Of a DNA stretch of 64,000 nucleotides, positions 39,370 to 47,882 are shown in pieces. How positions within the stretch are numbered: position 1 is the stretch's first letter; every line of letters starts with the position of its first letter. The stretch is from assembly GCA_038207155.1 (NCBI GenBank), contig JBBRAB010000008.1:27709-91708 (forward strand), written 5' to 3'. Under the pieces are notes generated by a model. That model saw only the letters and a program-made list of their open reading frames with translations. It did not search any database and had not been told where the DNA came from. This DNA is from Polyangiales bacterium. GTDB lineage: Bacteria > Myxococcota_A > Polyangia > Polyangiales > Polyangiaceae. Made by a program: the position numbers and the translations under genes.

Positions 39370-41247
39370 ATGGCCATACCGCCTGACGATTCTAATTTCG
39401 GATCCCGGTCCTTTGACGGGTCGCAGGCGGCACAGGCTGCGGGCGCCCAAGCGGTGGCTCGCGTGACAGGTCCAACACCCCCGCCTGCGGAGCTGCTTGG
39501 AACCGTGCTGCGCGGGACCTATCGGATTCAGTCCGCCCTCGATGAAGGTGGCATGGGCAAGCTCTACCTTGCCGAGCATGTCCGTCTGCGGCGTCCGGTG
39601 GCGGTCAAAGTGTTGGCTCAGCACCTCGCGGCGGATCAAGGCGCCCTCGTGCGCTTTCATCGCGAAGCGGAGATAGTCAGTCAGCTCCACCATCCGCACA
39701 TCGTTCACATCCTGGATTTCGATACCACCGAGTCAGGTCAGCCCTATATCGTGATGGAGCTGCTGAGCGGTGAGAGCCTGGCCAAGCGCATCGATCGCGA
39801 GCGCATCCTGCCGCTGCGGGATTCGGTCACGATCGTCACGCAGATCGCCGGAGCGCTGCAGCTGGCTCATGCCGCCGGCATCGTCCATCGCGACCTCAAG
39901 CCGGACAACGTGTTTTTGCTTGCGATCGAGGACGGCAACGTCTTCGTCAAGCTGCTCGATTTTGGGATCAGTCGTGGAGCAGCCGCCAGCTCGCGCATGA
40001 CCGGGGAATTCGATGTGCTCGGCACGCCGGACTACATGGCGCCTGAACAGGCCGTGAGCACCGCCAAGGCAGATCACCTTTCGGATCAGTTCGCGTTGGC
40101 CGCAATGGCGTACGAGCTGCTCTCGGGTCGCATGCCGTTTTACGGCGAGACCGTGATGGAGATCCTCACCAAGGTCATCCACTCCGAGCCCGAGCCGCTG
40201 TCACGAGTGGCACCAGGGATCCCTGCAGGGATCGATCTCGTGATTGCTCGCGCCTTGTCCAAACAGCCGCAGCTGCGCTTCCCGAGCGTGCACGATTTTG
40301 CTGCAGCGCTGGCGCAAGCCGCTGGCCCCAACGGCTCGAATGAAGCCCGGACTGCCAGTGGGGTGCCAACGGCGCGTCCGCCCACGGTCCGCAACTCGAG
40401 TCCGGTCGACTCGGCGCGCAGTCCCAGCCCCAGTCCGGATGATTTCGATCCGCACACCAAGATCCGCCGCGCGCATGAGGCACCCGCGTCAGCTCTCGTA
40501 GTGCCCACCACGCCTCCGGCGGTGGCCACGTCTCCGACCCAGCCGGGCCCCGCAGCCCGCCGAAAGACGTCCGGCCTGCATGGCGACCTCGGCAACCCGC
40601 GTGTCCGCCGAACTGAGCCACCGCCCTCGCTCCCCAGTCCTCCGCCGCCACTCAACTTGAGTCCCACGCGCATGCCGCAGTTCCGGCATGCCTCATCGCA
40701 TGAGCTGACCACCCCTGGTCGGCGTCCCCCGCGCGCGGTGCTCCGCAGCAATGTGCCAAGCGACCGCACGCCGGCACCCTTTCAATCCTCCAGTAATATC
40801 CCCGCGCCCCGCACGGCTTCCGGCAATCCCACGCCCCTGACGATGCAGGGCGCGGTCTCGCTCAAGGACGTGCAGCAAGCCATTGAAGAGGCGCGCCAAG
40901 CGCACGCTTTCGGTGAGACCTCACGCCTGCTAGCGCAGTGTCGTCGCGCCACGCGGCTGGCGCGCTACTGCGGCGCCCCGCAAGCGCGGGAACTGCTGGC
41001 CAAAGCAGCAGATTTTTTGGAGGCGCCGCTGCTCGACGCGCTCGGTGGGCGCTCGCGTCGGGTGGAGCTGCTCAGCATGCCCTCGGCGGATTCGCACGGC
41101 CTCGGCCCCGAGCACTTGTACATCCTGACGCGCCTCGATGGCCCGCTCACGGTGGATGAGTTGCTGCAGCTCTCGCCACTGTCCACGCCAGAGACGCTCT
41201 GTTTGATCCTTGAGCTGTCGTCAGCCGGCGCCCTCAAGCTGCACTGA
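39370..41247 (+). CDS. Ser/Thr protein kinase
   Basis: GGMGKLYLAEH, VAVKVL, HRDLKPDNVFL, DFGIS and GTPDYMAPEQ. A Pro-rich linker and a C-terminal helical domain follow. ATG at 39370. Confidence 0.9.
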   Translation: MAIPPDDSNFGSRSFDGSQAAQAAGAQAVARVTGPTPPPAELLGTVLRGTYRIQSALDEGGMGKLYLAEHVRLRRPVAVKVLAQHLAADQGALVRFHREAEIVSQLHHPHIVHILDFDTTESGQPYIVMELLSGESLAKRIDRERILPLRDSVTIVTQIAGALQLAHAAGIVHRDLKPDNVFLLAIEDGNVFVKLLDFGISRGAAASSRMTGEFDVLGTPDYMAPEQAVSTAKADHLSDQFALAAMAYELLSGRMPFYGETVMEILTKVIHSEPEPLSRVAPGIPAGIDLVIARALSKQPQLRFPSVHDFAAALAQAAGPNGSNEARTASGVPTARPPTVRNSSPVDSARSPSPSPDDFDPHTKIRRAHEAPASALVVPTTPPAVATSPTQPGPAARRKTSGLHGDLGNPRVRRTEPPPSLPSPPPPLNLSPTRMPQFRHASSHELTTPGRRPPRAVLRSNVPSDRTPAPFQSSSNIPAPRTASGNPTPLTMQGAVSLKDVQQAIEEARQAHAFGETSRLLAQCRRATRLARYCGAPQARELLAKAADFLEAPLLDALGGRSRRVELLSMPSADSHGLGPEHLYILTRLDGPLTVDELLQLSPLSTPETLCLILELSSAGALKLH

Positions 41248-41317
41248 CACAGGCAAAAGCTACGCCGCAGCGTGCTCCGCCTCACGCGCTGCGCCCTCAA
41301 GCTGCACTGACACAGGC
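41228..41317 (+). repeat. 27-bp perfect direct repeat (2 copies, 63-bp period) that includes the kinase stop codon
   Basis: GCGCCCTCAAGCTGCACTGACACAGGC occurs at 41228-41254 and 41291-41317. Copy 1 contains the kinase stop TGA at 41245-41247. Confidence 0.9.
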
Positions 41318-41397
41318 TCGCGTTGCGTCCTCTGCGGATGACGCCGAGCCTGCTGGTCTGCAGCGGCGTGGCAACGTCAGTCCGCGGGCAAGCGAAA

Positions 41398-41429
41398 GGC
41401 GCCACGACAGTTGACCTGCCAGTGGCGCC
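41398..41429. terminator. hairpin in the convergent intergenic region
   Basis: GGCGCCAC (41398-41405) pairs with GTGGCGCC (41422-41429) around a 16-nt loop. TTGGCGCTGTT follows. Confidence 0.3.
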
Positions 41430-41442
41430 TTGGCGCTGTTAG

Positions 41443-41587
41443 GAGACGCGCTCAGTTCGGACGGGACGCGCTCAGTTCGGACGGGACGCGCTCAGTTCGG
41501 ACGGGACGCGCTCAGTTCGGACGAGACGCGCTCAGTTCGGACGAGACGCGCTCAGTTCGGACGAGACGCGCTCAGTTCGGACGGGAG
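41443..41587. repeat. 7 contiguous copies of a 20-bp tandem repeat that includes the helicase stop codon
   Basis: Unit ACGCGCTCAGTTCGGACG[G/A]G at 41446-41585. The order is three GGG variants, three GAG variants, then one GGG variant. The last unit holds the helicase stop (TCA at 41572-41574). Confidence 0.95.
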
Positions 41588-42894
41588 GGACGACGTTGCT
41601 GCGACGAACCCGGTCGCGGGGCACCGCCGCGGCCCTGAGACGGACCCCGGGGATTGCCGTTGGGACGGCCACCACCAGCATTGCCACCACCGCCGCCAGG
41701 ACCATCAGCGTAGGCCGGAGACGGTCGGCGGGGCGCGGGACGCCCCAGAGCGGGGCCAGCCGCAGCGACATCCATCGGGCCGCCGTTGGTAGACACGCGC
41801 TCGATCTTGCGCCCGATCAGGCGTTCGATGCTGGCCAGGTACTCACGCTCCTCGGAGTCGCACAGTGAGAGTGCGATGCCCGAAGCGCCGGCGCGCGCGG
41901 TTCTTCCGATCCGATGCACGTAGGTCTCCGGCTCGTTCGGCAGCTCGTAGTTGATCACGTGCGTGATGCCGACGACGTCGATACCGCGCGCTGCGATGTC
42001 GGTCGCCACCAGCACCGTGACGTCACCACGCCGAAAATCCTCAAGCGCTCGCACGCGAGCAGACTGGGATTTATTCCCGTGGATCGCGCTGGCGCGGATC
42101 CCGCTCTTTTCCAGGAACTTCACGACGCGATTGGCGCCATGCTTGGTACGGCTAAACACCAACGTGCGCTGCGTATCCTCTTTCAACAAGAGCTCGCAGA
42201 GCAACTGGGGCTTATGCGCCTTGGGCGTCAGGTAGATGCGCTGCTCAAGGTTGTCCGCCGTGCTCGACACCGCGGCCACGGCCACGTGAACGGGATCATT
42301 GAGCAGACTGTCAGCCAACGAACGAATCGAGGGCGGCATGGTGGCGGAGAAAAACAGGGTCTGTCGCTTGCGCGGCAAGACGCGCGTCACCTTGCGCACG
42401 TCATTGATGAAGCCCATGTCGAGCATGCGGTCGGCTTCATCGAGCACGAAAATCTCGATGTGGTCGAGCTTGACGAAGCCACGTTGCATCAAATCGAGCA
42501 AGCGGCCGGGGGTGGCGACGAGGATGTCGACCCCGCGCTGCAGCTCGGCAATTTGCGGCTTCTCGTTGACGCCGCCAAAAATGACGGTGTGCCAGAGTTC
42601 AAGACTCTTGCCGTAGGTGGCGAGACTCTGCCCGATCTGCGCAGCGAGTTCGCGCGTCGGCGTCAGGATCAGCGCGCGCAGCTTCGGCTCGCGATCAGCG
42701 ACCGAGTGAATGTGCTGAAGTATTGGCAGCGTAAAGGCCGCTGTCTTGCCGGTGCCCGTCTGAGCACAGCCGAGCACGTCGCGCTTGGCGAGTGCTGGCG
42801 GGATGGCTTGGGTCTGGATCGGAGTGGGCTCGGTGTATCCAGCCGCTGCCACCGCTTCGAGGAGCGGCGGGATAAGATTCAGTGCAGCAAACAT
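41572..42894 (-). CDS. rhlE: DEAD-box ATP-dependent RNA helicase (RhlE-like) with RGG-rich tail
   Basis: Q-motif region GYTEPTPIQ, then [24 protein letters not shown] and [10 protein letters not shown]. Gly/Arg-rich C-terminus. ATG at 42894. Confidence 0.9.
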   Translation of the reverse strand: MFAALNLIPPLLEAVAAAGYTEPTPIQTQAIPPALAKRDVLGCAQTGTGKTAAFTLPILQHIHSVADREPKLRALILTPTRELAAQIGQSLATYGKSLELWHTVIFGGVNEKPQIAELQRGVDILVATPGRLLDLMQRGFVKLDHIEIFVLDEADRMLDMGFINDVRKVTRVLPRKRQTLFFSATMPPSIRSLADSLLNDPVHVAVAAVSSTADNLEQRIYLTPKAHKPQLLCELLLKEDTQRTLVFSRTKHGANRVVKFLEKSGIRASAIHGNKSQSARVRALEDFRRGDVTVLVATDIAARGIDVVGITHVINYELPNEPETYVHRIGRTARAGASGIALSLCDSEEREYLASIERLIGRKIERVSTNGGPMDVAAAGPALGRPAPRRPSPAYADGPGGGGGNAGGGRPNGNPRGPSQGRGGAPRPGSSQQRRPSRPN

Positions 42895-43253
42895 CGTTTG
42901 GGAATCGGTCCTTCTCGGGCCTGAGGGAATCGTGCAAGCTGCGCGCGCAAAGACGCCGCAGCTGCCACCGTCGCACTCAACGCGGGTGTAACAACACCTC
43001 ACGCATCCCGAGCATCACGTCAGCGGCAGCCCGGACTAGCATGGCAAATCCGGAACTGCGAGTTTGGTCAACCTATTTGGCGCGAATCGACCAATGCGAC
43101 CAAATGGCCGGCACCGCTCGCCGCCGATGGCCGCGCCAGAACCGTCAAATCCGAGCGCGCCCAACTGCCGACCGGCGCATTTTCGAGGGGGATGACCACC
43201 CCCCGCATTCCGCTCTGGACGTTATGCGATCCGCGAGCAATCCTTCGGCGCCC

Positions 43254-43329
43254 GCCCCCGTAGCTCAGTGGATAGAGCAGCGGTTTCCTAAACCGAAGGC
43301 CACAAGTTCAAGTCTTGTCGGGGGCGCCA
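43254..43329 (+). tRNA. tRNA-Arg (anticodon CCT), CCA encoded
   Basis: 76-nt cloverleaf. Acceptor GCCCCCG/CGGGGGC, D-arm GCTC-AGTGGATA-GAGC, anticodon loop TTCCTAA (CCT at 43287-43289), T-arm ACAAG-TTCAAGT-CTTGT, discriminator G and CCA. Confidence 0.9.
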
Positions 43330-43426
43330 CTGGTTCGATTCCTCGTCACGCATGGTTGGACCAACGCGTTGACGACGTACTGAAACTGCAGAGCGCGCGA
43401 TGGCTGACCGCCCGAGGGATGTCCCC

Positions 43427-43515
43427 AGGTGACGGACGTCGCGAGACGGGTCCGGAGCGATGGACGAGGTGACGGACGTCGCGAGACGGGTCCGGAGCGA
43501 TGGACAACGTGACGC
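43427..43515. repeat. 40-bp tandem repeat, about 2.2 copies
   Basis: AGGTGACGGACGTCGCGAGACGGGTCCGGAGCGATGGAC occurs at 43427-43465 and 43467-43505. A third unit starts (ACGTGACG) and then diverges. Confidence 0.85.
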
Positions 43516-43657
43516 GCTGCAACGTAAGACTTCGAGTGGTGGCCTGACGCGACGTCAGAGCTCCCCCCGAGCGGTGCCGGAGCCTCGCGGGCGTGCAATT
43601 TCCCGGGCTTAGGAGAGCGTATTGCGAACGCTACCCTCCCTTTGGTATACGCGCACG

Positions 43658-44593
43658 ATGGGGAGTCACCTCACGTGGAAGCGGCAGGGTCTCGGTTTGG
43701 TGGTGCTCGCTGGCTCCCTAGCGGGCTGCGGCTCAACCAAACTGACCTTTAGCGGACCACCGCAAGCGCCGCGTCCGGCGAATTGCGAGTTTCGCATGTT
43801 CACGACCTCACCCGATGGCTTTGCAGAAATCGGGGTCATCGACGTGCAGTTTGGAGAGTATCAGTCCAACACCTATCGGGACATCGCCTCGTTCAAGGAA
43901 GAAATTCGCCCGTACGTGTGCCGGGCAGGGGGAGATGCCGCGATCGCTTTCGCAAATGGGTACGGCATGTACATCAAGGCAACCGTACTCAAGCAGGTCC
44001 CACGCGCCGCCCCCATCGCCGCGAGTCAGGCTGCGCCAGCGGCGCCCAGCGCCGAGAGTCAAGCGGCATCACCGCTGCCGGTCGCACTCAAAGCGGCGCC
44101 CACTGGAGCGGCGGGTTTCGACTTTGGTATGAGCCGTGATGCCGCCAAAGAGAGCTGCACCAAGGCCGGCTTTGCCTGGTCGCCACTCGACGAGAAATAT
44201 GCTGAGTGCTCAGGAGCGCCCGTGGCGCTGGCGGTCGCGGCGATTCCTCGGTTGGGATTCTGTGAGCACAAGCTCTGCGCGATCGAGTTGAACCTCGAGC
44301 CCACCATGAACCAAGGTCTCGGAGAGGTCGCTGCCAGAGTGTACGCAGCGCTTCAGGCGAAATACGGTTCGAAATCGGACGGTACCCCGCGAGTTCCCCG
44401 GGAATGCCACTTCGGAGCGTTCCGCGATTGCATCATCAACGGTCAAGCCAGATCCGATCTCAACTGGCGATGGAAAACGGGTGAGACCGTCTCGATGTAC
44501 GCCGGAAGTGATCGATTTGGTCCGAAACCAGTGCCCGGCCTCTACGTCTTCTACGGCTCCACGGCCTCACCAGCTGAGACCCAGGGGCTCTAG
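43658..44593 (+). CDS. lipoprotein of unknown function
   Basis: Lipobox signal MGSHLTWKRQGLGLVVLAGSLAGC. No recognisable catalytic motif. ATG at 43658. Confidence 0.6.
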   Translation: MGSHLTWKRQGLGLVVLAGSLAGCGSTKLTFSGPPQAPRPANCEFRMFTTSPDGFAEIGVIDVQFGEYQSNTYRDIASFKEEIRPYVCRAGGDAAIAFANGYGMYIKATVLKQVPRAAPIAASQAAPAAPSAESQAASPLPVALKAAPTGAAGFDFGMSRDAAKESCTKAGFAWSPLDEKYAECSGAPVALAVAAIPRLGFCEHKLCAIELNLEPTMNQGLGEVAARVYAALQAKYGSKSDGTPRVPRECHFGAFRDCIINGQARSDLNWRWKTGETVSMYAGSDRFGPKPVPGLYVFYGSTASPAETQGL

Positions 44594-44794
44594 CAGCGCG
44601 AACAACCGGGCAACGCGCTCGGCGAGGACTCGTCGTGCGCGTTGCCGCGTTTTCCCCAGTCTCAGAAAAGTCATCGCCTCGATGAAAATAGCGTAAAAGA
44701 GCGGCGAATGCAGACGTCACCACGACGCGCTAACCAAACAAGAAAAGCCGTTTGGTTTTGTCTGTACTCATACGGGAACCCGCCCTCGACCGAC

Positions 44795-44821
44795 GGCCAC
44801 GAGTTCAAGTCTTGTCGGGGG
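44795..44821 (+). repeat. partial copy of the tRNA-Arg 3' end (T-arm plus 3' acceptor strand), att-like
   Basis: GGCCACGAGTTCAAGTCTTGTCGGGGG compared with GGCCACAAGTTCAAGTCTTGTCGGGGG at 43298-43324 (26/27). No matching 5' acceptor strand upstream. Confidence 0.8.
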
Positions 44822-44896
44822 TTACGCCTGAGGGAGGCAGCGCCGGTTGGCTGGAGCTCGCCCTCGCACGTGCCGTCATGTGCGAAGAGCGCGTGA

Positions 44897-45826
44897 TCAG
44901 CTGGAGGTCCAGACTCTCACCCAATCGATGTCCATTCGCGCCGGAAAGACCGTGCTGGCGTCGGGAGTTCCCAGATAGGTCGAGCCCGCGGCATCTCCCA
45001 CCGCAAGAGCAAGTGCCGGATACATGGGCCAACTTGGCGTTGTGAGCGTGCGAGTCCCCACCGTTGCCCCGTCCACGAACCAGGTGAACCCATGCGGACG
45101 CCACTCGAGTGCGTAGAGGTGAAAATCAGCGTTTAGCGCTACCTTCGAGTCCCATGTGAAGTGGTCGCTGCTGCTGCCGCCGGCATCGGACGCGGTGAAC
45201 ATGTAGCCGTAGTGGCCCTTGTGTCCGGGCTGTCCCTGGGCATTTTCGCTTTGGAAACCGGGCACGTCGAATACGGAGATCCAACCCGCGGGGTCGGCTT
45301 GCCTCGCCGGGAACAGGGTTACCCCCGCTCCAATCCCCAGCTCGGCCGGAACCCGCGCCCGAACTTCCACCCTACCGTAAGTGAAGGCGAACGAGCGGAA
45401 CGTGGTGGCGACCGCACACTGATAGATCTTCCCCCCGACGCCGCCTGGAGGCGCGGTTGCCGTGAGTGACAGGAGGGTCGCACCTGACACGTCGGACGAG
45501 GTCGTGACGGCTTGCTTGGCGTAGAAACAGTCGGGGTGTGTTCCGTAGGAGGAGTCGTCAAAGGCCCCCGTCGCACCGAACCACGTGTACTGTGGAGTCC
45601 AGCGGGCGACGCCGGAGTCGAAGCTCTCTTCGAACGCGAGCAACCTACTGGCCCCACTGCCTCCGTTGGCGGCGTTGCCACTTCCAGAGACGCCCTGTCC
45701 TCCGACGCCGGCCTGGGCCGAGGAGAGCTCGGGTGTGAACAACCAGCCCTCGGCACTGCATTCGAGCGCGAGGCTGCCAGTGAGCGCTAAAGCTGCCAGC
45801 CGAGCGTAAGGTTTGTGCCAGCCCAT
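44897..45826 (-). CDS. secreted GH16-fold (concanavalin-like) protein lacking the ExDxxE catalytic motif
   Basis: Signal peptide (ARLAALALTGSLALECSA). Jelly-roll hallmarks YGRVEVRARVP, LYALEWRPHGFTWFVDG and MDIDWVRVW. ISVFDV occupies the position where the two GH16 paralogues have EIDIDE / EIDFAE. Confidence 0.7.
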   Translation of the reverse strand: MGWHKPYARLAALALTGSLALECSAEGWLFTPELSSAQAGVGGQGVSGSGNAANGGSGASRLLAFEESFDSGVARWTPQYTWFGATGAFDDSSYGTHPDCFYAKQAVTTSSDVSGATLLSLTATAPPGGVGGKIYQCAVATTFRSFAFTYGRVEVRARVPAELGIGAGVTLFPARQADPAGWISVFDVPGFQSENAQGQPGHKGHYGYMFTASDAGGSSSDHFTWDSKVALNADFHLYALEWRPHGFTWFVDGATVGTRTLTTPSWPMYPALALAVGDAAGSTYLGTPDASTVFPARMDIDWVRVWTSS

Positions 45827-46692
45827 ATGCCACCTATCGATAGCCAGTTCTCCGGGGCAACCTGCCCCCGAACGGCCCAGGGGGAGTATCCGCCCTCGAG
45901 CTCCAGCGAGACGCCGGGTCTTGCCCCGAGACCGCAGCCAACGCCAATGGTTGGTCCGCCCCAGCCACCGGCGACGCTCCGCCCCGCCATCCCCGACTCC
46001 AAGGACGTCGGGGCTCCCTGCAAATAACCGAGACCACCACGGATCCCCGCGACCGCAAAGAACTCAGTCCGCTCCACGTGCCCTGACAATACTGCACCAA
46101 CTCGACCGTCGACGGTGAGCAGCGTGACGGCGCCAGGACCGACGCGCTCGCTGCCGCGCGCGGCACCTCCCTCGATGAGGAGGCCCAATGGACGTCCTCC
46201 ATGGGTCAGCCTGACAGCACCTCCAAGCGTCCAGGTGGAAGTGGGCCACTCACGTAGAGCACCGACAAGCGCTAGCCGTGATGATGATGAAGGGTTTGGC
46301 GGTGCGACGTGGTCACTGGGCGGTGCGGGAGAAGTGGCTGGCTTCGGGGTGCGAGGCTTGGTCTTTGGCGTGTCTGGCCGAGGCAACGGCAACTGGTTCA
46401 GCTGTTCGACCATCGCTAGGGTGAGCACGCGGTCGGCAACCTCCGGCTTCACCTGGCGCAGATCGACCTCGCGGGTAGGTTGCCGATCGATCGTGACACT
46501 GGCCACACCATTGTCACAGCGTACGTGGATACGACGGGTCTGCTCCGTCGGCTCCTTAAGAAAGCGTGGCCCAAGCTCTACCTGCAGGAGCCGACGGAGC
46601 TCCTGAACCCGGTCCGTCTCGCACCCTTCGAAGACGACGATGACGGGAGGGGGGCCCTCGCTAGCAGCGCGCGCATGATGCATGACACTCAT
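45787..46692 (-). CDS. hypothetical protein (Pro-rich linker, Gly-rich beta-like C-terminal half)
   Basis: 301-aa ORF between the FecR gene and the lectin gene, overlapping the lectin start by 40 bp. No signal peptide or known motif seen. Confidence 0.45.
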   Translation of the reverse strand: MSVMHHARAASEGPPPVIVVFEGCETDRVQELRRLLQVELGPRFLKEPTEQTRRIHVRCDNGVASVTIDRQPTREVDLRQVKPEVADRVLTLAMVEQLNQLPLPRPDTPKTKPRTPKPATSPAPPSDHVAPPNPSSSSRLALVGALREWPTSTWTLGGAVRLTHGGRPLGLLIEGGAARGSERVGPGAVTLLTVDGRVGAVLSGHVERTEFFAVAGIRGGLGYLQGAPTSLESGMAGRSVAGGWGGPTIGVGCGLGARPGVSLELEGGYSPWAVRGQVAPENWLSIGGIWAGTNLTLGWQL

Positions 46693-46727
46693 GGCCAGGG
46701 CTAACGAAGCCGTACGCGTGGCCCAGT

Positions 46728-47882
46728 TCAGGGGTGAGCTCCTTGCTCCTGTGCGAAGCTGCGGAGTCGGGAAGCATAGCTCCCGTTCGGGTAGGACCTC
46801 AAGTACTCCTCCGCGAGGCGCTTGGCTTCACTCTGGTTCCCCAGCCCGAGTTGGGCATCGACGCTACGCGCCAGGGCCATCTCGCCGAGCGCGCCACCCC
46901 CTGCCAGCTGTCGACAGAGCGCAAAGGCCGTTGCTGCCTGGGCTGGACGACCCAATTTGTCAAGGTAGAGCCGACCCAGTGTGAAGGCAGCCACGCCCGC
47001 TTGGGGACTCGCCCCGTGTCGGAGCACGGACTCCAGCAGGACCGCGGCTTCCCCGGGGTGTCCGCTCAAACGCGCGGCGTCGGCCGCGAGCATGAGTTCC
47101 GCGGGGGTGTCCGCGACCTTCATTCCCGACTCCTTCAATAGCCCGTAGGCCCCCTTGTAGTCCCCCTTTCGTGCCATTTCGCGCCAGCCGAGGTCGACGG
47201 CGGAGGGGCGGCCAGAGGCTGCGTTCGGGTTTGGAGCAACCTCGGTTTGCGCGCTTGAGCTCGCGCCCGCCAGGGCATCCGCATCCGGGTCGAAAAGCCC
47301 GGATTCGCCAGGACCGAGCTCCCGTTCCTGTGTGCCCATAACCACGGCCACGCGCCCCTCATGCACGCTGACGTGCGCGCCGCGCCGGACGGGAACCACC
47401 CTGAACACGGTGCCTCTGACCTGGATCGTCACGACGCCAACCAAGACCGTAAATGCTTGGTACGGAACCTTTGCTACGCGATACATCGCGGCGCCACCCG
47501 TCTGAACGACCCTCACGCTCGCAGGTTTCGAATCACGTGGCAGTATCGAGGTGGCCGGATCCAGAAGCTCGACCAGGGAACCGTCCTCGAAACGGACGGT
47601 GCGGCCCGGATGGATCTCCTGCTGCGCCAGCGGCGCAGCAGCGGAGTGATCGCGTTCGCCAGCGCCCTCACCCGATGGCACGAGGCGAACCGCCGCAGCG
47701 ACGCCTACTAGGAGCACGGCCGCAGCCGCAGCCGAGCCAACCCAATGCCAAATCGGCCTTGACTTCCGCTGCTGTAGGGTTCGGGCCAACCGCGCACGTA
47801 CGCTGGCGGACCGCTCCGGAGTCCACCCGGGATCGAAAGCGTTCCGCGCCCGCTCAACGGCGGGTTGGTTGTTATTGGACAT
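46728..47882 (-). CDS. FecR-family anti-sigma factor with C-terminal TPR-like domain
   Basis: Short cytoplasmic N-terminus and a TM helix (WVGSAAAAAVLLVGVAAAV). FecR beta region (IQVRGTVFRVVPVRRGAHVSVHEGRVAV). Helical repeats at the C-terminus. The start overlaps the sigma gene stop. Confidence 0.8.
   Translation of the reverse strand: MSNNNQPAVERARNAFDPGWTPERSASVRARLARTLQQRKSRPIWHWVGSAAAAAVLLVGVAAAVRLVPSGEGAGERDHSAAAPLAQQEIHPGRTVRFEDGSLVELLDPATSILPRDSKPASVRVVQTGGAAMYRVAKVPYQAFTVLVGVVTIQVRGTVFRVVPVRRGAHVSVHEGRVAVVMGTQERELGPGESGLFDPDADALAGASSSAQTEVAPNPNAASGRPSAVDLGWREMARKGDYKGAYGLLKESGMKVADTPAELMLAADAARLSGHPGEAAVLLESVLRHGASPQAGVAAFTLGRLYLDKLGRPAQAATAFALCRQLAGGGALGEMALARSVDAQLGLGNQSEAKRLAEEYLRSYPNGSYASRLRSFAQEQGAHP

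Larger units (their letters stand above)
43330..44821 (+). mobile_element. possible remnant of a tRNA-Arg-integrated islet (no integrase present)
   Basis: Bounded by the tRNA 3' end and a 27-bp (26/27) direct copy of it at 44795-44821. Contains a 40-bp tandem repeat and one lipoprotein gene. Confidence 0.3.

Noticed and set aside
41443-41587. Could the 20-bp repeat array be a CRISPR array?
   Set aside because: The units are directly contiguous with no spacers. The unit is shorter than known CRISPR repeats. No cas genes or leader are present in the window.
41411-41792. ORFs 41411-41638 and 41430-41792, which encode repeated [20 protein letters not shown] peptides
   Set aside because: They are simply translations of the 20-bp tandem repeat in two frames, and they run antisense into the helicase gene. 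There is no start context or domain.
44740-44821. A second complete tRNA gene at 44.8 kb
   Set aside because: Only the T-arm and the 3' acceptor strand are present. No complementary 5' acceptor strand, D-arm or anticodon arm can be folded from the upstream sequence.
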